Shown piece after piece: positions 30,212 through 50,060 of a stretch of 64,000 nucleotides of DNA. The notes under the pieces were generated by a model. The model was not told where the DNA came from, searched no databases, and saw only the letters and a program-made list of their open reading frames with translations. Each line of letters starts with the position of its first letter. Position 1 is the first letter of the stretch. The stretch comes from Amoebidium appalachense (lineage: Eukaryota; Protista; Ichthyosporea): positions 6,830,830-6,894,829 of the forward strand of contig CAVNZM010000008.1 of NCBI GenBank assembly GCA_963693365.1. The letters are read 5' to 3'. A program made the position numbers and the translations under genes.

Positions 30212-31545
30212 TACCCCCTCCCACACACACACACACTCCTCCCACCCTAGCATTTATACTGACTCACCACCGCGCAAGATGAGTCCCGGTTCAAGATCGG
30301 ATCCAGAGAAAAAAACTGCCTAGATATTGCCAAACCCCCCGTCTCCCCCCCCCCCACCCCCACCCCAGCCCCCTCAGTCGAGGGATTCTGGGGGGAGTGA
30401 CCATCTGAACCGCTTATATATCCTCTGCTAGCTACCTCTACAGCCTTTGGGCCATTATATCATTTAACTTCCACCAGGCTTTGGGAGATGAAATAGCACA
30501 AGCTGCCCGTTCTTCCTAACCTTCCTTTGGGTTCCCAGTTTCGGACTTACTAAGTGGATCTCTGTACCGTTACAAGTGAGGTGGCACCAGTAACTATAGA
30601 TCTAACTAGTATGTGTTCCGCCCCTTTTTCTCTCTACCCCCCCCCCCCCCCCCCCCCTCCCCCCCGGCCTTTCCCCCTCCCCCGCAACCTCACTCTCGCA
30701 AGACCTACAAAGAAGATATCCATCAAACCTCAGGCTCCTCGAAGCATCGATCAGTCATCGGTGTCCTGTGATGTCAGGACCCTACTCCTGTTTCCCAGAA
30801 CTATCCCGTTTTCCCTTCCTTCCGCATATAAAGTATGCAAACATAAGGAATACCACAGTGACACGTTTAAAAGCTGCGTCCTTGCAATTCATCACCACAC
30901 ACAATCTTTTCTATTCCCGTTCACAGAGGCCATACTATTAGAGTATTGCGGACAACGCGCGCACCGTACAATTGTAACACACAAAATGCATCTTTGTGAG
31001 ACTCTCGAAGTCCGCCATCAGTTCACACATTAGGCTCCCGTAAAAACCGCACGTTTTTTCTCACATATGTCGCGGTTGGCTTTTTTTTTTTTTTTTTTTT
31101 TCGTTTCCCCCCCCAATGTTTTTATATGGCCGCGGTTCGCTGCGGCAATTGAAATGCCCTCATTCCATTTATATTCCGCCGCAATTAGATGACGTCACGA
31201 TCCGCAAATGCGAACACACACCCACACCCACACCCACACCCACCTGGTCGGACAGTGTCTGTGCAAACATGGGGTCTGCCATCAGCATGTCCACATCCCC
31301 GCTTGCTGCCGCCTGCTTCTCCTATGCATTCCATCGTCTCAGAGTCAGTGCCTGAATCCACATGCATGTAGCTACAATCGGCGCAAATCTGCCCCCCCCC
31401 CCCCCCCCCCCCTTCTCCCCCCCCCCCCCCCCCAAAAAAAAAAAAAAAAGATGAAGGTAACCACCACCAACGAGCACAGAACACACACACATACAGGCTC
31501 ACACACACACCCCATCGCCCTACCACAAACAAATGAAGTGCACTA

Positions 31546-31632
<87 letters not shown>

Positions 31633-32642
31633 ACCACCACACTTGAGCGTGGGCGCACACACACACACACACACCATCCCCGACCCAACCACCTCCATCC
31701 ACCCACCCGTACCAACTGCTATACCGCCTTGGCTATTCCCTTCCCCACCCACCCCCCACTCTTTGCCCTCCTGACACACGCTCACACACGGCACATGTAC
31801 ACAACCTTCCTCCCCCCCCAAAAAACACACACACACACACCGTACACGTTCACGTCCACACGCACCCATTCACACCCATACCAGCCCAGACACACCCACA
31901 CCCACACACTCACCCAGCCCTCCCCCCCAGCCTCCCCCCCAAACACCACGTGCACCCCACCTTAGCCTGGCTGATTCTGTTCTTCCAGAACTTTCTCCAG
32001 CTCAGATACCCCGACGTGATGGTCTTGACCGTCTCCTGGTTGTTCTCCCCCTACACCCATCCCCACAGATCTCAGTATCCCATAAGGCCTATTCTTATCT
32101 TAAACGCTCCACTGCGAACTGCCCCCATCCTTCCCCCTCCCCCCCCCCCCCCAAAAAAAAAAAATAAATAAAAAACCCTTTCAGTCCACCCCATCCACAA
32201 GATCAAGATCAGTCATCTAGCTGCCACCATTCTCATCGTTGCCTTGAAAGGTTTAAAAGACAAATCCCTTGCCCCCCCCCTCCCCCCCCGCCGCCGCTGC
32301 CTCCCGGAGCCCACACCATATGCTAGCACCAGTAAGAGCTTACCCCAAGCAATGCCCCCCCAATCGCATAGGCATGGGTGGGTGCCTTGGCCGACACCAG
32401 ATGCTAGAACACGCACCTTTAGTATGGGGTAGGACATGCTAAAACACGCACCTCTAGTATGGGGTAGGACATGCTAGAACACGCACCTCTAGTATGGGGC
32501 AGGACATGCTAGAACACGCACCTCTAGTATGGGGCAGGACATGCTAGAACACGCACCTCTAGTATGGGGTAGGACATGCTCTTGGCCTCCTGCTCGGGTG
32601 CCTCCTCGGCAAAATCAATGTACCTGGTCTTGCGCCCCATCA

Positions 32643-32688
<46 letters not shown>

Positions 32689-33524
32689 CGTGCGTGCGCG
32701 CGCGTGAGCGTGCGCATGCGCATGCGTGATTACACGCATGGGCAAGGACTATTGATGTGGGTTAAGGGGGGGAGGCTATGCACGTGCATGTGTGCTGCAC
32801 ACGAGTGAAAGGGTAAGGGCACCCAGGCCTCCCTGTGCCTGTTGCTTGTATCTCCACGTCTGCCGCAGATTTTTCGTGCATGTGCTGGGCCTGTCAGCCC
32901 CTGGCTGTGCAGTCCTGAGCTGTGTGCACGTGCATGAGGGTGGCTGCTCACCGTCAAGCTGTCTGTGCACGTGCATGACTGTGCATGTGTGTAATTTAGC
33001 TGCTAGGCGCACATATATGCCTGTGCAAGGTCTGTGGTGATGTGCACACGTGACTCTGTACCCGTGATTGTGTGTGTGCCTCTGTGTGCCCGTGTCTGTG
33101 TATGCCCCGGTGCCTGTGTGTGTGTGTGCAGGCGACCAATTGTGTGGCCATGCACGTACAGTGCAGGTGCCAGGCCCTCCAGATGATGTTGTCCAGGCGC
33201 CTCTTGTCCATCCACGTCATCGTGTGCTTGGCCTTCTCGTACTTCTTCCATCGTGGCGGTCGCACAAGGGCCACCCCCCCACCTATCAGCCCCTGCAGAC
33301 CACGTGACCACGTGAGATACACGTGCTGGTGTGCAGGGCACAGGGGGGGTGTTGACGTCACGAGTGTGGGGGTGATTGTGGGCACAGAGGGTGTGCAGGT
33401 GGATATAGAGGTGCAGCCAGGGATATTTGTGTGGGTGGGTGTAGCTGTGCCTCTTCTGACATCTACAAGTGTATGCAAACAAATCCAAGACAATCAGGCA
33501 ATTTGTGTGTGCAGTGTCAGTGCT

Positions 33525-33574
<50 letters not shown>

Positions 33575-34017
33575 CGCCTCTGTGTGTGTATGTGTGCGTG
33601 ATGTGATATTCGCTCAGCCCGCGGAAGTGTATCGTTGCTTCCCTTTGAGCCCGCGAGGCAGGATAAGTACACGTGTAGATACACACATGGTTGCACATAC
33701 TTACACCCCCTAATGGTACACACCTGCTTACATGAATGCAGGCGGCTCTACCCACACCAACGCATAGATAGTGTGAGCACTAAGTGTGTGTTTGCTCACA
33801 CATGGCTCCACCATTACAACCAAGCAAACAAAAAATAACAAGCAATGTACCCGCCCACTCGCCTAGCTACCCTACCCTCACGCCTCCGCATGCACGTGCA
33901 CGGCACCTTCTGCTCTGTGGTCTGTATGCGCAATTTGGTCAGCAGGGGCACGAGGGACTCCTCGACCCTGAGGGGGTCAGGGGGCAGTGTGTCTGCCTCC
34001 ATATCGTCCGACTCCAT
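18964..34017 (-). CDS. Mondo/ChREBP (MLXIP/MLXIPL)-like bHLH-ZIP transcription factor, multi-exon; last exons tentative
   Basis: Exon peptides: [12 protein letters not shown] (~33900-34017); [34 protein letters not shown] (~33161-33292, cf. ChREBP SPKWKNFKG..DKIRLNNAIWRAWYIQY); 32645-32557 ..YPILE|[25 protein letters not shown] (~31961-32050, cf. VLEGNYWKRRIEVVMREYHKWRIYYKKR); [14 protein letters not shown] (~28000-28075, cf. SDISDTLF); basic region [17 protein letters not shown] (~24745-24815); [22 protein letters not shown] (~24195-24288); zipper (~23468-23600); DCD-like [17 protein letters not shown] (~22615-22715) and [19 protein letters not shown] (~22110-22210). Confidence 0.85.
24081..24195. 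repeat. Short tandem array of 17-19-bp units (GCACGTGCAGGGTGTGT) in the intron following the Mondo HLH exon
   Basis: About 6 units visible, each carrying CACGTG. Confidence 0.85.
28777..31213. mobile_element. Putative non-autonomous DNA element with imperfect terminal inverted repeats, inserted in a CA tract of a Mondo intron
   Basis: Left end TCGCATCTGCGAAAAGTCACGTGA..CATAAATGGAAT..CGCGGACCGCG. Reverse complement of the right end TCGCATTTGCGGATCGTGACGTCA..TATAAATGGAAT..GCGAACCGCG. Both flanks read ACAC. No convincing ORF inside. Confidence 0.55.
32401..32580. repeat. Five tandem 35-bp copies spanning a Mondo exon end and its 5' splice site
   Basis: Unit ATGCTAGAACACGCACCTCTAGTATGGGGTAGGAC. 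On the minus strand it reads ..TCCTACCCCATACTAGAG|GTGCGTGTTCTAGCAT. Confidence 0.9.
33309..33325. promoter_or_regulatory. ChoRE-like element CACGTG-N5-CACGTG, plus a third E-box at 33301-33306, in an early intron of the Mondo-like gene
   Basis: Sequence CACGTG AC CACGTG AGATA CACGTG at 33301-33325. Function is inferred only. Confidence 0.3.
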
Positions 34018-34337
34018 AGTGCCCCCCCACCAGCACCGTGGCTGGCACCCTGGGGGGTAGGCGCTGGTGTGAGTGCTTGCCCGTGATAGACGTCTGGATG
34101 GTTTGAGTAAGCAGACCATATCAAACTAGGAAAGTAAGAAACGAAAATAAAAACAGCAGTAAGTGTTGTGATGGTATAGGTTGAACATGGAAATTGAGAT
34201 CGGTGGGGATGTGCGTCTAAGTCGTGCAAACCATCACGTACCTGCAATCGTGTGTGCACGCCCCTGTGTATGGGTGTGGGTATGCTGCGAGTATGTGCGC
34301 GCCGTGTGTCCTCCTGTGTGTTTGTGCGTGCGAGTAC

Positions 34338-34429
<92 letters not shown>

Positions 34430-34440
34430 GGTGTGTGTGG

Positions 34441-34475
<35 letters not shown>

Positions 34476-35886
34476 CACGTGCGTGCGTGCGTGCGTGCGT
34501 CTTTGTGCATGTCTGTGTGTGTGTGCGCGTGCACGCGTCGCGTGCCTGCATGCGTGTGCAATTGGCAGAGACGTGTGCAGGTGTCTCGGTGCAGCGTAGC
34601 CCGTTTAACCTTTTGAGGTATGAGCAGCAGAACGCTCTTTCACAGTGATCCGTCACTAAAAACGTCCACAAAACACCCTCTGAAAATGAACACGACACAG
34701 AAAATCCCACGGGTTGGTCCTCTCTGTAATGTGTCCACAGGACTAGACAGTGTCACAGAGACTGCTCTTACCTTCTCGATTTACCGCTTGAGTGGCGGCC
34801 TTAGAGTACCTTATCCTTTAAAACGCTCACGGGAAGCCCATCAACAGGCCTGTGTGTTCCCCCCACCTACTAACGTGATGTGTAACCTACTGCAAAGCCG
34901 CTCTAAAGTTGGAGATGAAATAAACGTGTCCAAAATACAAGAGACCCGGAGGTCCTTGGTGTGAACCTGCAGAGTCTCAGCTAGAAAATGCTGGGGGGTA
35001 GTCTCTGCGCCTATGAAACACGTCAGTCATAGGGGTAGTTGTAAGGGCCTCAAGTAACACAACGCAACCTTGACAATACCACTGTGAACCTGCCAGCCTA
35101 AAACTATCAGCCTAAACCTGCCAGCTTTGAAACTGCCGGCCTCTTTGCTTGGCGGTTCTTTATGACTCCTTTGATCGGATCTGTCCTGCGGCCGTTATTC
35201 ACGTCACCTTGCCTTATTGAAATAGAGCTTGCAGTCCCTATACCTACTGCTGGGGGGGGCTGAAATCACAAAACATTGAATAATGTACCTGTCAAGCAAA
35301 GACAATATTTCATATACATCATGATATAAATTAAATTAAACGTTGTTTTTGTTTTGTATTTACAGCTTTTTTTAGAGTTAAAATAGGTGTTTTGATGAAT
35401 ATTTATCTAGGTAGTGTTTTCTTGTAGTAAAAATTAAATTGTTGATGTAGTTTAGGGTGACGGATAGATCTAATTCATTAAATTTAAACTCTGAATATTA
35501 GCCAATCGGATGTCACTCCCATCTTGTCCCGCCTATATATTGCCGCACCACGGAGTCACTTGTGTTCCATATTTGACGGTGTGGGCCTTGGCTTGGTGTG
35601 GTCTCCACAAGAGAGAAAGTAGGTGCAACTTCTAGCACCTAGAGACACGTTAGAACTTTTAGCTTATAACCCGTTGCGCTTTTCAGCGCATGTGTTATAG
35701 CGCCGTAGGGAGAAGGTTTTTGCGTGCATTCCCTTCTTGAACTCAAACTGACTTACATCCCCGGCCAACATTCCGATCCCTCTCTGTCCCCACGTGCTCC
35801 CTCCCCCTCCCCTTCTGGTCCCTCCGTCTCCCCCCGTCCTACCCCCCTCCCCCCTCTCCCCACCACCTCCTACTCCGTTTCTCCAG
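34018..35886. promoter_or_regulatory. Divergent intergenic region between the Mondo-like gene and panC, likely holding both promoters and 5' UTRs
   Basis: The two start codons face away from each other. AT-rich block ~35270-35500, CCAAT at ~35502 and TATA-like CCTATATAT at ~35532. Confidence 0.45.
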
Positions 35887-43523
<7,637 letters not shown>

Positions 43524-46429
43524 CGGCTGGATGGTGTCCAGTAGTCATCTGAGTCCTGTGCTGTGTGGGGCACTACACCATGCTGGTTGGCTGCAGGTCA
43601 TGCATGGTCATTGCCAGGCAGGAGGGGGCCATGCCTGGCATCTTGGTAGTGGGGTTGGTGGTGGGTTTGGATACGGACCAGGGCAGGAGTCACAGCAAAG
43701 GCCTGATTTGAGTGGCCTGGATGTGATGTCAATACTGGCCCAGCATGAATGTGTGTGCACGTAGGGGGGTTTTATCTTTTTTGTATTTGCAGAGGTCGGG
43801 GTGTTGAAGATTTATTTGCAGACACAAAGAAGCCCTGGGGGGCAGACGGTAGCGGACATGTGCGGTCTGTGGCCGCAGAACACGGATAGAGACATGAACT
43901 TTGTGCGTGTGTGTGGAGTGGCGCTGAAAAGGCACGTGAACACACACGGCAGATCGGCATTGTAGAGGCACATGCCATGAGAATGTGGGCAAGGGTGAGG
44001 GACAAGAACTATCACGTGCAGTGACACTGTGGGCCACTGGCCGCATGCACGTGCCCGCTCCCCTTCTTGCTTACACGTGGTGCCGTGCAACATGACTTGA
44101 TGGCTGTCCTGATTCTGGCCTGAGCGGGTGTACGTGCATGCCCATGTAGGTGTGCAGACCCAACCACCCCCCCTCACACCAATAGAATTAAACCCCAGAG
44201 CCCGGCAAGCACACACATCTATCTTGGGCACTTGAATACAAGCACAAGATTCACTGGTTGCTTCCCTTCAGTGTGCTGCATCCCTGCCAGCTGCATGGTC
44301 AATTGTCCGCATATGACAAACACAGTCTTGTCATGGCGTGTGCGCACCGAGGTCCAGGGGCCTGTTCCCTAGTCAAGGGCTTGAAGACAGTGCATGGGTA
44401 TGTGTAGATCCGTGAGGCTGGTGGAACACAGCAATGCCCACCACATGCATGCATGCACCTGCTACCTCAGTACATGGGGTTAGACCTGCAGCCCAACGGC
44501 ATGGTGCCATGCTGACGTCCACATATGATCTGGGTGGGCCTCATGGCTGGTGGGTGCATCCTCACGATACATAGAAGCAGCATCAACGGTGACCATGTAA
44601 AGCAAATATGCATGCCAGTCCCAACCTGCCGAACACACAAGTCTATGGGTAGATACCTTTTTACTTTACGTGTAGCTACTCCCTTCCTGTGTAGGGACAG
44701 CACCAACTACTAGTAGCCTATATGGCGGATACGGTCAGAATGTCTCGTTTCTACATAGATTCGTTTATTCATGATGTTGTGTGGTATAAACACGCAAAGA
44801 TGATTATGTCTTGGCGGTGTAATCGTTTTTTGGTGTCTCCTGCCCGTATGTGTGATATGTGTGGGGGTGAAGGGATTTTACCGAAAAATTTGACCTACCG
44901 TTTTTTAAAAGTTTTTTCATGTTTTTTCGTGATCTCTTGAGCAGATCAAATTGTTTTGCTAGTATCTCAGTGTGCGTGTGCAGGGGGTATAACAACACAC
45001 TAACTGTGAAAACTTGGTGCATTTTGCTTGAACGGTTCCCAAGCTATTACATTTTTAATTTTTTGAAACGTGCATAACGTTATGCTCAAACCTGCATAAC
45101 GTTATAAAATTTTACTTAGTAAATGTAAATTTGCCTCAAAAAATTCGTTAAAGTGCCTTGGTGGTCTACTCGCGAATGCATATCTATCATAAGTTTAGTA
45201 ACCTGCAAGATAACATCGTAGAACCGGAGGTTATGGGCGCCTTCATTCTCTTTTCTGCCTCTCTTCCCCAGTATATCCGTTATAACATGACCGTCCTAGA
45301 TCACCTTATTAATGCTGCACAGTATGACATTGTGATACTGTATGGTGTCTTAACTTTCTCTCGGAGCTACCCATGCTAGCCTTTGCGTATCCATAATCTA
45401 TACTAGGGTTGTAATATTGCGTACCGTGTACATATGTCGACGTCACTAGCTGCATTTGATTGGCTGCGCTGGAAAACGCAGTAGGCCATCAAGTGAGGCT
45501 GGGCCCCAGACGATGTCCGTTAGCAATTAATTGCACGTAAACCCACTCAATCAACCCCTCTGGGGGGGTGGGGGGTGGGGGGGGGGGGGGGGGGGGAGCT
45601 TTTCGGTGGTGTGCGTGGTGGGGTGGGGGTGGGGGGTGAAGGAGGGGCGGGGGGGGGGGGGGGGGGGGGGGGGATGTGCCAGGGGGAAGCAAGGCAAGTG
45701 GCCTCTAGTATGTATGATATGTTTAGTCAGAATGCAAAACACAGATGTACGTAAGGATACATGCAAGACAGGAAGACTTGAAGCTAGAGATGAGTCAGTA
45801 CAGATGGGGTCGGTCGTTCATTATTGGTGGTCTGGCGGTTAGGGGTCATATGCATTGTTGCACTAAAGGTATATGCATTGTTTGCATTAAAGGTATATAA
45901 TTATGCATTGTTTGCACTACATGTGTATATGCATGGTTTGTAGTACATGTATATAGTCATGCATTGTTTGGACTACATGTATATATGCATGGTTTGCACT
46001 ACATGTATATATGTACTTGAACATGGCTCGCCCTGTTATATGACCACACACCTTTACACCATATTTCTGCTGTATGCTATTTACACTCGACTATTGTTCA
46101 CTACTCTGCCGATAAAGGTTTTCTCATGCAACCAGGGTCCTACATTTGAAAATGCAATGCTTGTTTGTTGTGTGTGCACGTGTGTGTATGTGTGGGGGGT
46201 GTTTAAACCCGATAGTGGGTGCAAGGCCTGCCTTTAAATTTGCTCAATTCGGCCGCAATGAACGACCTTATAAGGCTAATGGGCCGTACTACCCATTGGC
46301 CGGAGCAGACCATGCGGCAGCATCTGATTGGCTGGCTAGTAGATGTTGGGAAGGAAGCCTAGCACTCGGTCTGTGTGGCAGGAGGGGGGTTGGTGTGGTT
46401 GGTCACGTGGGCGGGATCCAGGATGTTAT

Positions 46430-46941
46430 TGCTAGTATCTTTAACAGGCATGGTGCTAGCGTCTTTAACAGGCATGGTGCTAGTATCTTTAACAGGCATA
46501 GGTCTAGTTAAACAGGCATGGTGCTAGCAACTTTAACAGGCATGGTGCTAGTAACTTTAACAGGCATGGTGCTAATATTAGTAACTTTAGCAGGCATAGG
46601 TCTAATTAAACAGGCATGGTGCTAGTAACTTTAACAGGCATGGTGCTGGTATCTTTATCAGGCATGGTGCTAATATTAGTAACTTTTAACAGGCATGGTG
46701 CTAGTATCTTTAACAGGCATAGGTCTAATTAAACAGGCATGGTGCTAGTATCTTTATCAGGCATGGTGCTAATATTAGTAACTTTGACAGGCATGGTGCT
46801 AGTAACTTTAACAGGCATGGTGCTAATATTAGTAACTTTAACAGGCATGGTGCTAGTAACTTTAACAGGCATGGTGCTAGTATTTTAACAGGCATGGTGC
46901 TAGTATCTATAACAGGCATGGGTCTAGTTCCTTTAACAGGC
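46430..46941. repeat. ~24-bp minisatellite (TTTAACAGGCATGGTGCTAGTAAC and variants), probably intronic
   Basis: About 20 units with 6-bp insertion and deletion variants. It lies between a GT donor at 46968 and an AG acceptor at 46371 (minus strand). Confidence 0.92.
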
Positions 46942-47552
46942 ACGGTGTTGTTTGATTGGGCGGCGTACCTTTAACGACCACTATGCCGGTGCCGTTGACC
47001 CTCATGCACGTGTCACCAGTGTAGTAGTGCCTGCAGATGCCCTCTGCTGTGTACTCGATGCCTGCACACGTGGTGCTGCGGGAACACCTGCAGTCAGTGT
47101 AGCACTCGTCAAGGGTGCGGTTTGGCCGCACCGTGCCGGCACTGGGGTTGCTGTATGCACTGGTGTAGAAATCTGGGGGGGAGGGGGGTTAGGGGGATGG
47201 ACAGGTCGGGGGGACGGACTGGGGGTGGGCCAGGTCTATGGTGGGTGTGCCATGACAAGGAACCAAGTGGTCATGAGCCATTAACATGGGGCTAGTCTCG
47301 ATCAAAAATATTGCCTTGGTTTTCGAGCTATCCGATTGGTAGAAAGTTTAGCAATTGAAAGGCTGTGAACCAATAAAAATCTCTCGACAATAATGGACAT
47401 CTGAGATTGTCAGTGAGGCCGGATCACTCTACCTTCGCTAGCTAAAAAGAGCATTTGTGGTAGAATTTTATGCGTATATGTAATTTTAGTTTTTATATTT
47501 TTTATTTTTCTTATTCTGTGTGAGTTTTTTTTTTATTTTTTCCATCTTATTT

Positions 47553-47890
47553 AGGTTTTATTTGTGGAAATTATTGACATAAATATTTTTCTGGGTAAAC
47601 ACGTAGGATGGGTGTCCGATATCAACAGGCTTTGTTTCATGTTTTAGCAGTTCGCGTTCGGCTGCCCGCATACGGGCACCTATTAGCCGATCAAAACATC
47701 AGATTCCACAGATCACTAGACCGAGTCTGATTGGCTCAGGATAAGATTTCACATAACACTAGATCGGTTTTGATTGGCTCAGTTCGGTAGCCGTAGGTAT
47801 ATAAGCACGACAGTTTTTAGCAGATCAGCAGGCAACAACACATCTTCTGTGTTTAGCACCTACAGCTTTACAGCTATATTTTCTTTTCAC
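47553..47890 (+). repeat. Ngaro repeat A1, with two TGATTGGCTCAG (CCAAT) boxes and TATATAA
   Basis: Appears identical to 52839-53176. Confidence 0.95.
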
Positions 47891-47919
47891 TCTCCCTATC
47901 TTTCCGTACGCCGGTCAGC

Positions 47920-48279
47920 ATGCCGCCGAAAAAGCGCCAGGCCTCAGCCACTGCCCCTGCCGCGGCACCCAAGCGCCTGACCCGCAGCGACCTCCGCCAC
48001 AGGCTGACCAACGCTCCCGCGGACACCTACCCCAAGCCCGGCTGTGGTCTTGACGGCTTTAAGCCGCCCCACAAGCCCGGCGGGGGTCAAACCCCTAACC
48101 GCCCTGGCCCGCAACCCGGCCCGGCAAAACCGGCCCGACCCGTGGATCTACCCGCGACGCACTGCAGGAATTTCCACATTAACGGTCGGTCCTGCGCTAA
48201 GCAGCCCTGCCCCTTCTCCCACGTGTGCCCGCTCTGCTCTGGCACACACCCCCGCAAAGACTGCAAACACAATGCCTAG
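47920..48279 (+). CDS. Ngaro gag-like ORF (119 aa) with a C-terminal Cys/His finger
   Basis: CRNFHINGRSCAKQPCPFSHVCPLCSGTHPRKDC resembles the DIRS/Ngaro gag finger pattern. Confidence 0.75.
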   Translation: MPPKKRQASATAPAAAPKRLTRSDLRHRLTNAPADTYPKPGCGLDGFKPPHKPGGGQTPNRPGPQPGPAKPARPVDLPATHCRNFHINGRSCAKQPCPFSHVCPLCSGTHPRKDCKHNA

Positions 48280-48673
48280 TCTACGCGCACACCCACACAC
48301 ACAGCTAGAACATAGGGGTTAGGAGCTAGGACACACGAGTACAGGGAAACGGAGCTCGGGAGAACGGGCCCATAGGGCTGAGTACAAAATTTCGCAGGCC
48401 AAACTACGGCGCCCGCGCGCGTCAAGAATAAATGTCCCTACACAAAGACGTTTATTCTGGCCACTGCACATAATTTTACTCCCCCCCCCCCATCCCACGA
48501 GCCTCCCCCCCCCTTACACTCACCTAGCACTCCCTCCCCCCCCCTTCTTCTACCTCTGTGTCCGCCCACACCCCCGCGTGCTCGGGCACATTCCCCTGCA
48601 CAGGGCCCCGCTGCCCTCCCTGCCAACCTTCACTCGGGCCCAGCTGCCCTACCCTAACCCCCCCGGGGCCCTG

Positions 48674-48725
<52 letters not shown>

Positions 48726-50060
48726 CTGCCGGGATCTCCCCGAGGGTGCCCCACCCTTGCTAACCACCCCTTCCCCCGAGGCTCAGACCCGGAGGCCCGC
48801 CCGCTGCCCCAGCACCGCATTGACACCTCCCGCCTCCGGGAACTGCTGGCCTCCTACCCAGACCAATCATTCGCCGCACAACTCCTCCACGATGTCGAAT
48901 TCGGTGTCGACATCGGCTATCGCGGGCCCTCCACCTCTCGGGTGGGCCCCAACCTACCCACCACCCCGGAGGCAGCTTCCGCTATCACGGCGGATATTGC
49001 CAAAGAAGTCGCCCTCGGCCACCTGCGCGGCCCCCTCTCCCCGGCCCAATTCTTTGACGAATTTCCCGTCCACCGTTCCTCCCCCATCGGCGCCGTTACC
49101 AAGAAAGGGAACCCCCCCAAGTACCGTCGAATCCACCACCTCTCCTGGCCCCGGGGTAGCAGTGTCAATGACAGCATCACCTACCCCGACGAACTTCAGT
49201 ACATTCGCGCCCGGGACGTCACCCAGCTCATTCTCGACGCAGGCCCCGGCTGCTACATGGCCGTGGCAGATGTGCAGGCTGCCTTCCGGCACATGCCCAT
49301 CCGACCAGAAGACCATCACTTAATGGCATTCAAATGGTTGGGGCATTTTTACGTTGAAACCAGACTGCCCTTCGGCCTGAAATCTAGCCCAGCCATCTGG
49401 GAACGGATCGCGGCCATCCTACAGTGGCTGGCACACCAGCACGGTATTACCCTCATCCGCCACTACGTAGACGACTGGATTATAGTCGCCCCCACACAAG
49501 AGCAGTGCCAACGTCACCTATCCACCTTCCTGCAACTCTGCCGAGAGCTGCACATTGCCATCTCCGAAGACAAGATGCAGGGCCCGGCTACCCGTGTCGT
49601 CTTCATCGGTATCGAATTCGACTCCATCACCATGGAGGCACGAATCCCGGCTTCCAAGCTCTCGGACCTACTCGACCTCACTTCCCACCCAAAGCCCACC
49701 ATCACCATTCGGGACCTCCAGTCCCTCCTCGGCAAACTCACCTGGTGTGCCCAGCTGGTTCCCCCCGGGAGGGCCTTCTCCCAGCGCCTATGGGCCCTTC
49801 TCCGGACCCACCCACACCTTGCCGGCCACCACCACATACGACTGACTGCTGCCGCCCGGGCCGACATAGCTGAATGGCACCAGTTCCTCACATCATGGAA
49901 TGGGGTGCACCTCATCACACCCCCCACATACACCACCCTGGCCACCGATGCTGCCGGATCGGTGGGTCTAGGAGGCCACTGGCTCGACCAATGGTTCTTC
50001 ATGCCCTGGTCCCCCTCCACCCAAGCCCTCTATGCTCATGAGGGTAAACTCGGTTCTTCC

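Noticed and set aside
46430-46943. 24-bp repeat as a coding mucin-like stalk (VTSTMPVK)n
   Set aside because: Unit-length variants break the frame, and a good donor (46968) and acceptor (46371) flank it.
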